Shown: positions 63,420 through 64,000 of the stretch, piece after piece
Layout of the letters: each line of letters opens with the position of its first letter
Numbering within the stretch: position 1 is the first letter of the stretch
DNA from: Methanothermococcus sp. Ax23
GTDB taxonomy: Archaea > AGJL01 > Methanococci > Methanococcales > Methanococcaceae
Length of the DNA stretch: 64,000 nucleotides
Direction of reading: 5' to 3'
Assembly (NCBI RefSeq): GCF_049075655.1
Contig: NZ_CP157522.1
Coordinates: 1,536,001 to 1,600,000, forward strand
Position numbers and translations under genes: made by a program
Notes under the pieces: generated by a model
Database searches by the model: none
What the model was told of the DNA's origin: nothing
The model's input: the letters and a program-made list of their open reading frames with translations, nothing else

Positions 63420-64000
63420 TTATTTTTTATGGGTCAATTTATAAATTAAATTACTTAATTCCACTATTTTTTTAATATTTAATTTAAAAACCCTCTCGTT
63501 TAAATCAAATTCTGATAAGTTATTCAATATATCTTTCAGCTCATCACGATTTAAACCAATTTCATGAGATGAGTTGATAAGTGCTTTTTTAGCAGTTTTG
63601 TTTTTATGTTGGAATAGAGCTCTCACTACCTTCTCAAAAAATTCTTCATCTTCTAAATGGAAAAGTTCATTAGGCTCTTTTTTGGTAATTCTTACAATTG
63701 CAGAATCTACTTTTGGTTTTGGTGAAAATGCAGATGGTGGAACTTTACATATAAATTCTACATTTGCGTTATATTGCACAGATACGCTTAATCTTCCATA
63801 TTCTTTTGTTCCTTCCTTTGCCACCATTCTTTTAGCAAATTCATATTGATACATCAAAACTGCAACCTCAAAATCAGTTTTTAGAAATTTAAATGTAATC
63901 GGGGATGATATTTGGTAAGGTAGATTTGCTACTATTTTGTTAAAATTTAATTCATTTAGATTAACTTTTAAAGCATCATTCCAAATTACATCAACATTTG
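63420..64000 (-). CDS. rsmA: 16S rRNA adenine dimethyltransferase (partial, start outside window)
   Basis: [10 protein letters not shown] upstream in frame; [26 protein letters not shown]. Confidence 0.93.
   Translation of the reverse strand, partial: NVDVIWNDALKVNLNELNFNKIVANLPYQISSPITFKFLKTDFEVAVLMYQYEFAKRMVAKEGTKEYGRLSVSVQYNANVEFICKVPPSAFSPKPKVDSAIVRITKKEPNELFHLEDEEFFEKVVRALFQHKNKTAKKALINSSHEIGLNRDELKDILNNLSEFDLNERVFKLNIKKIVELSNLIYKLTHKK

Overview
AT-rich archaeal chromosomal segment from a hydrogenotrophic methanogen. Gene content, GGTGA ribosome-binding sites and selenocysteine use point to Methanococcales (Methanothermococcus/Methanococcus-like). Core content: leuS end, ftr, surE, the mrtBDGA methyl-CoM reductase II operon, ravA/viaA, cbiJ, nrpR, a RecJ-like DHH protein, korBC, class I lysS, tfs, tRNA-Gln, ppaC, a formate cluster (fdhC, carbonic anhydrase, Sec-containing fdhA with a 5' SECIS, fdhB), an Ehb hydrogenase cluster, hycI, lonB and rsmA. 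Unusual content: (1) a four-gene cassette of DUF6884-like protein, UvrD helicase, PD-(D/E)XK nuclease and DpdA-like transglycosylase with no dpdB/C nearby; (2) roughly 20-fold over-representation of the palindrome GAGCTC (about 87 by manual count), absent from the recent IS; (3) three families of protein-less IS200/IS605- and IS607-type miniature elements, each with an internal promoter-like sequence and an omegaRNA-like structured segment; (4) a small ATP-cone gene interrupted by two such elements, restored in frame by precise removal of both; (5) a family of stacked short-loop hairpin modules inserted into these elements; (6) a decayed cas6b and a truncated livF. All calls come from reading the sequence by eye; no searches were run.
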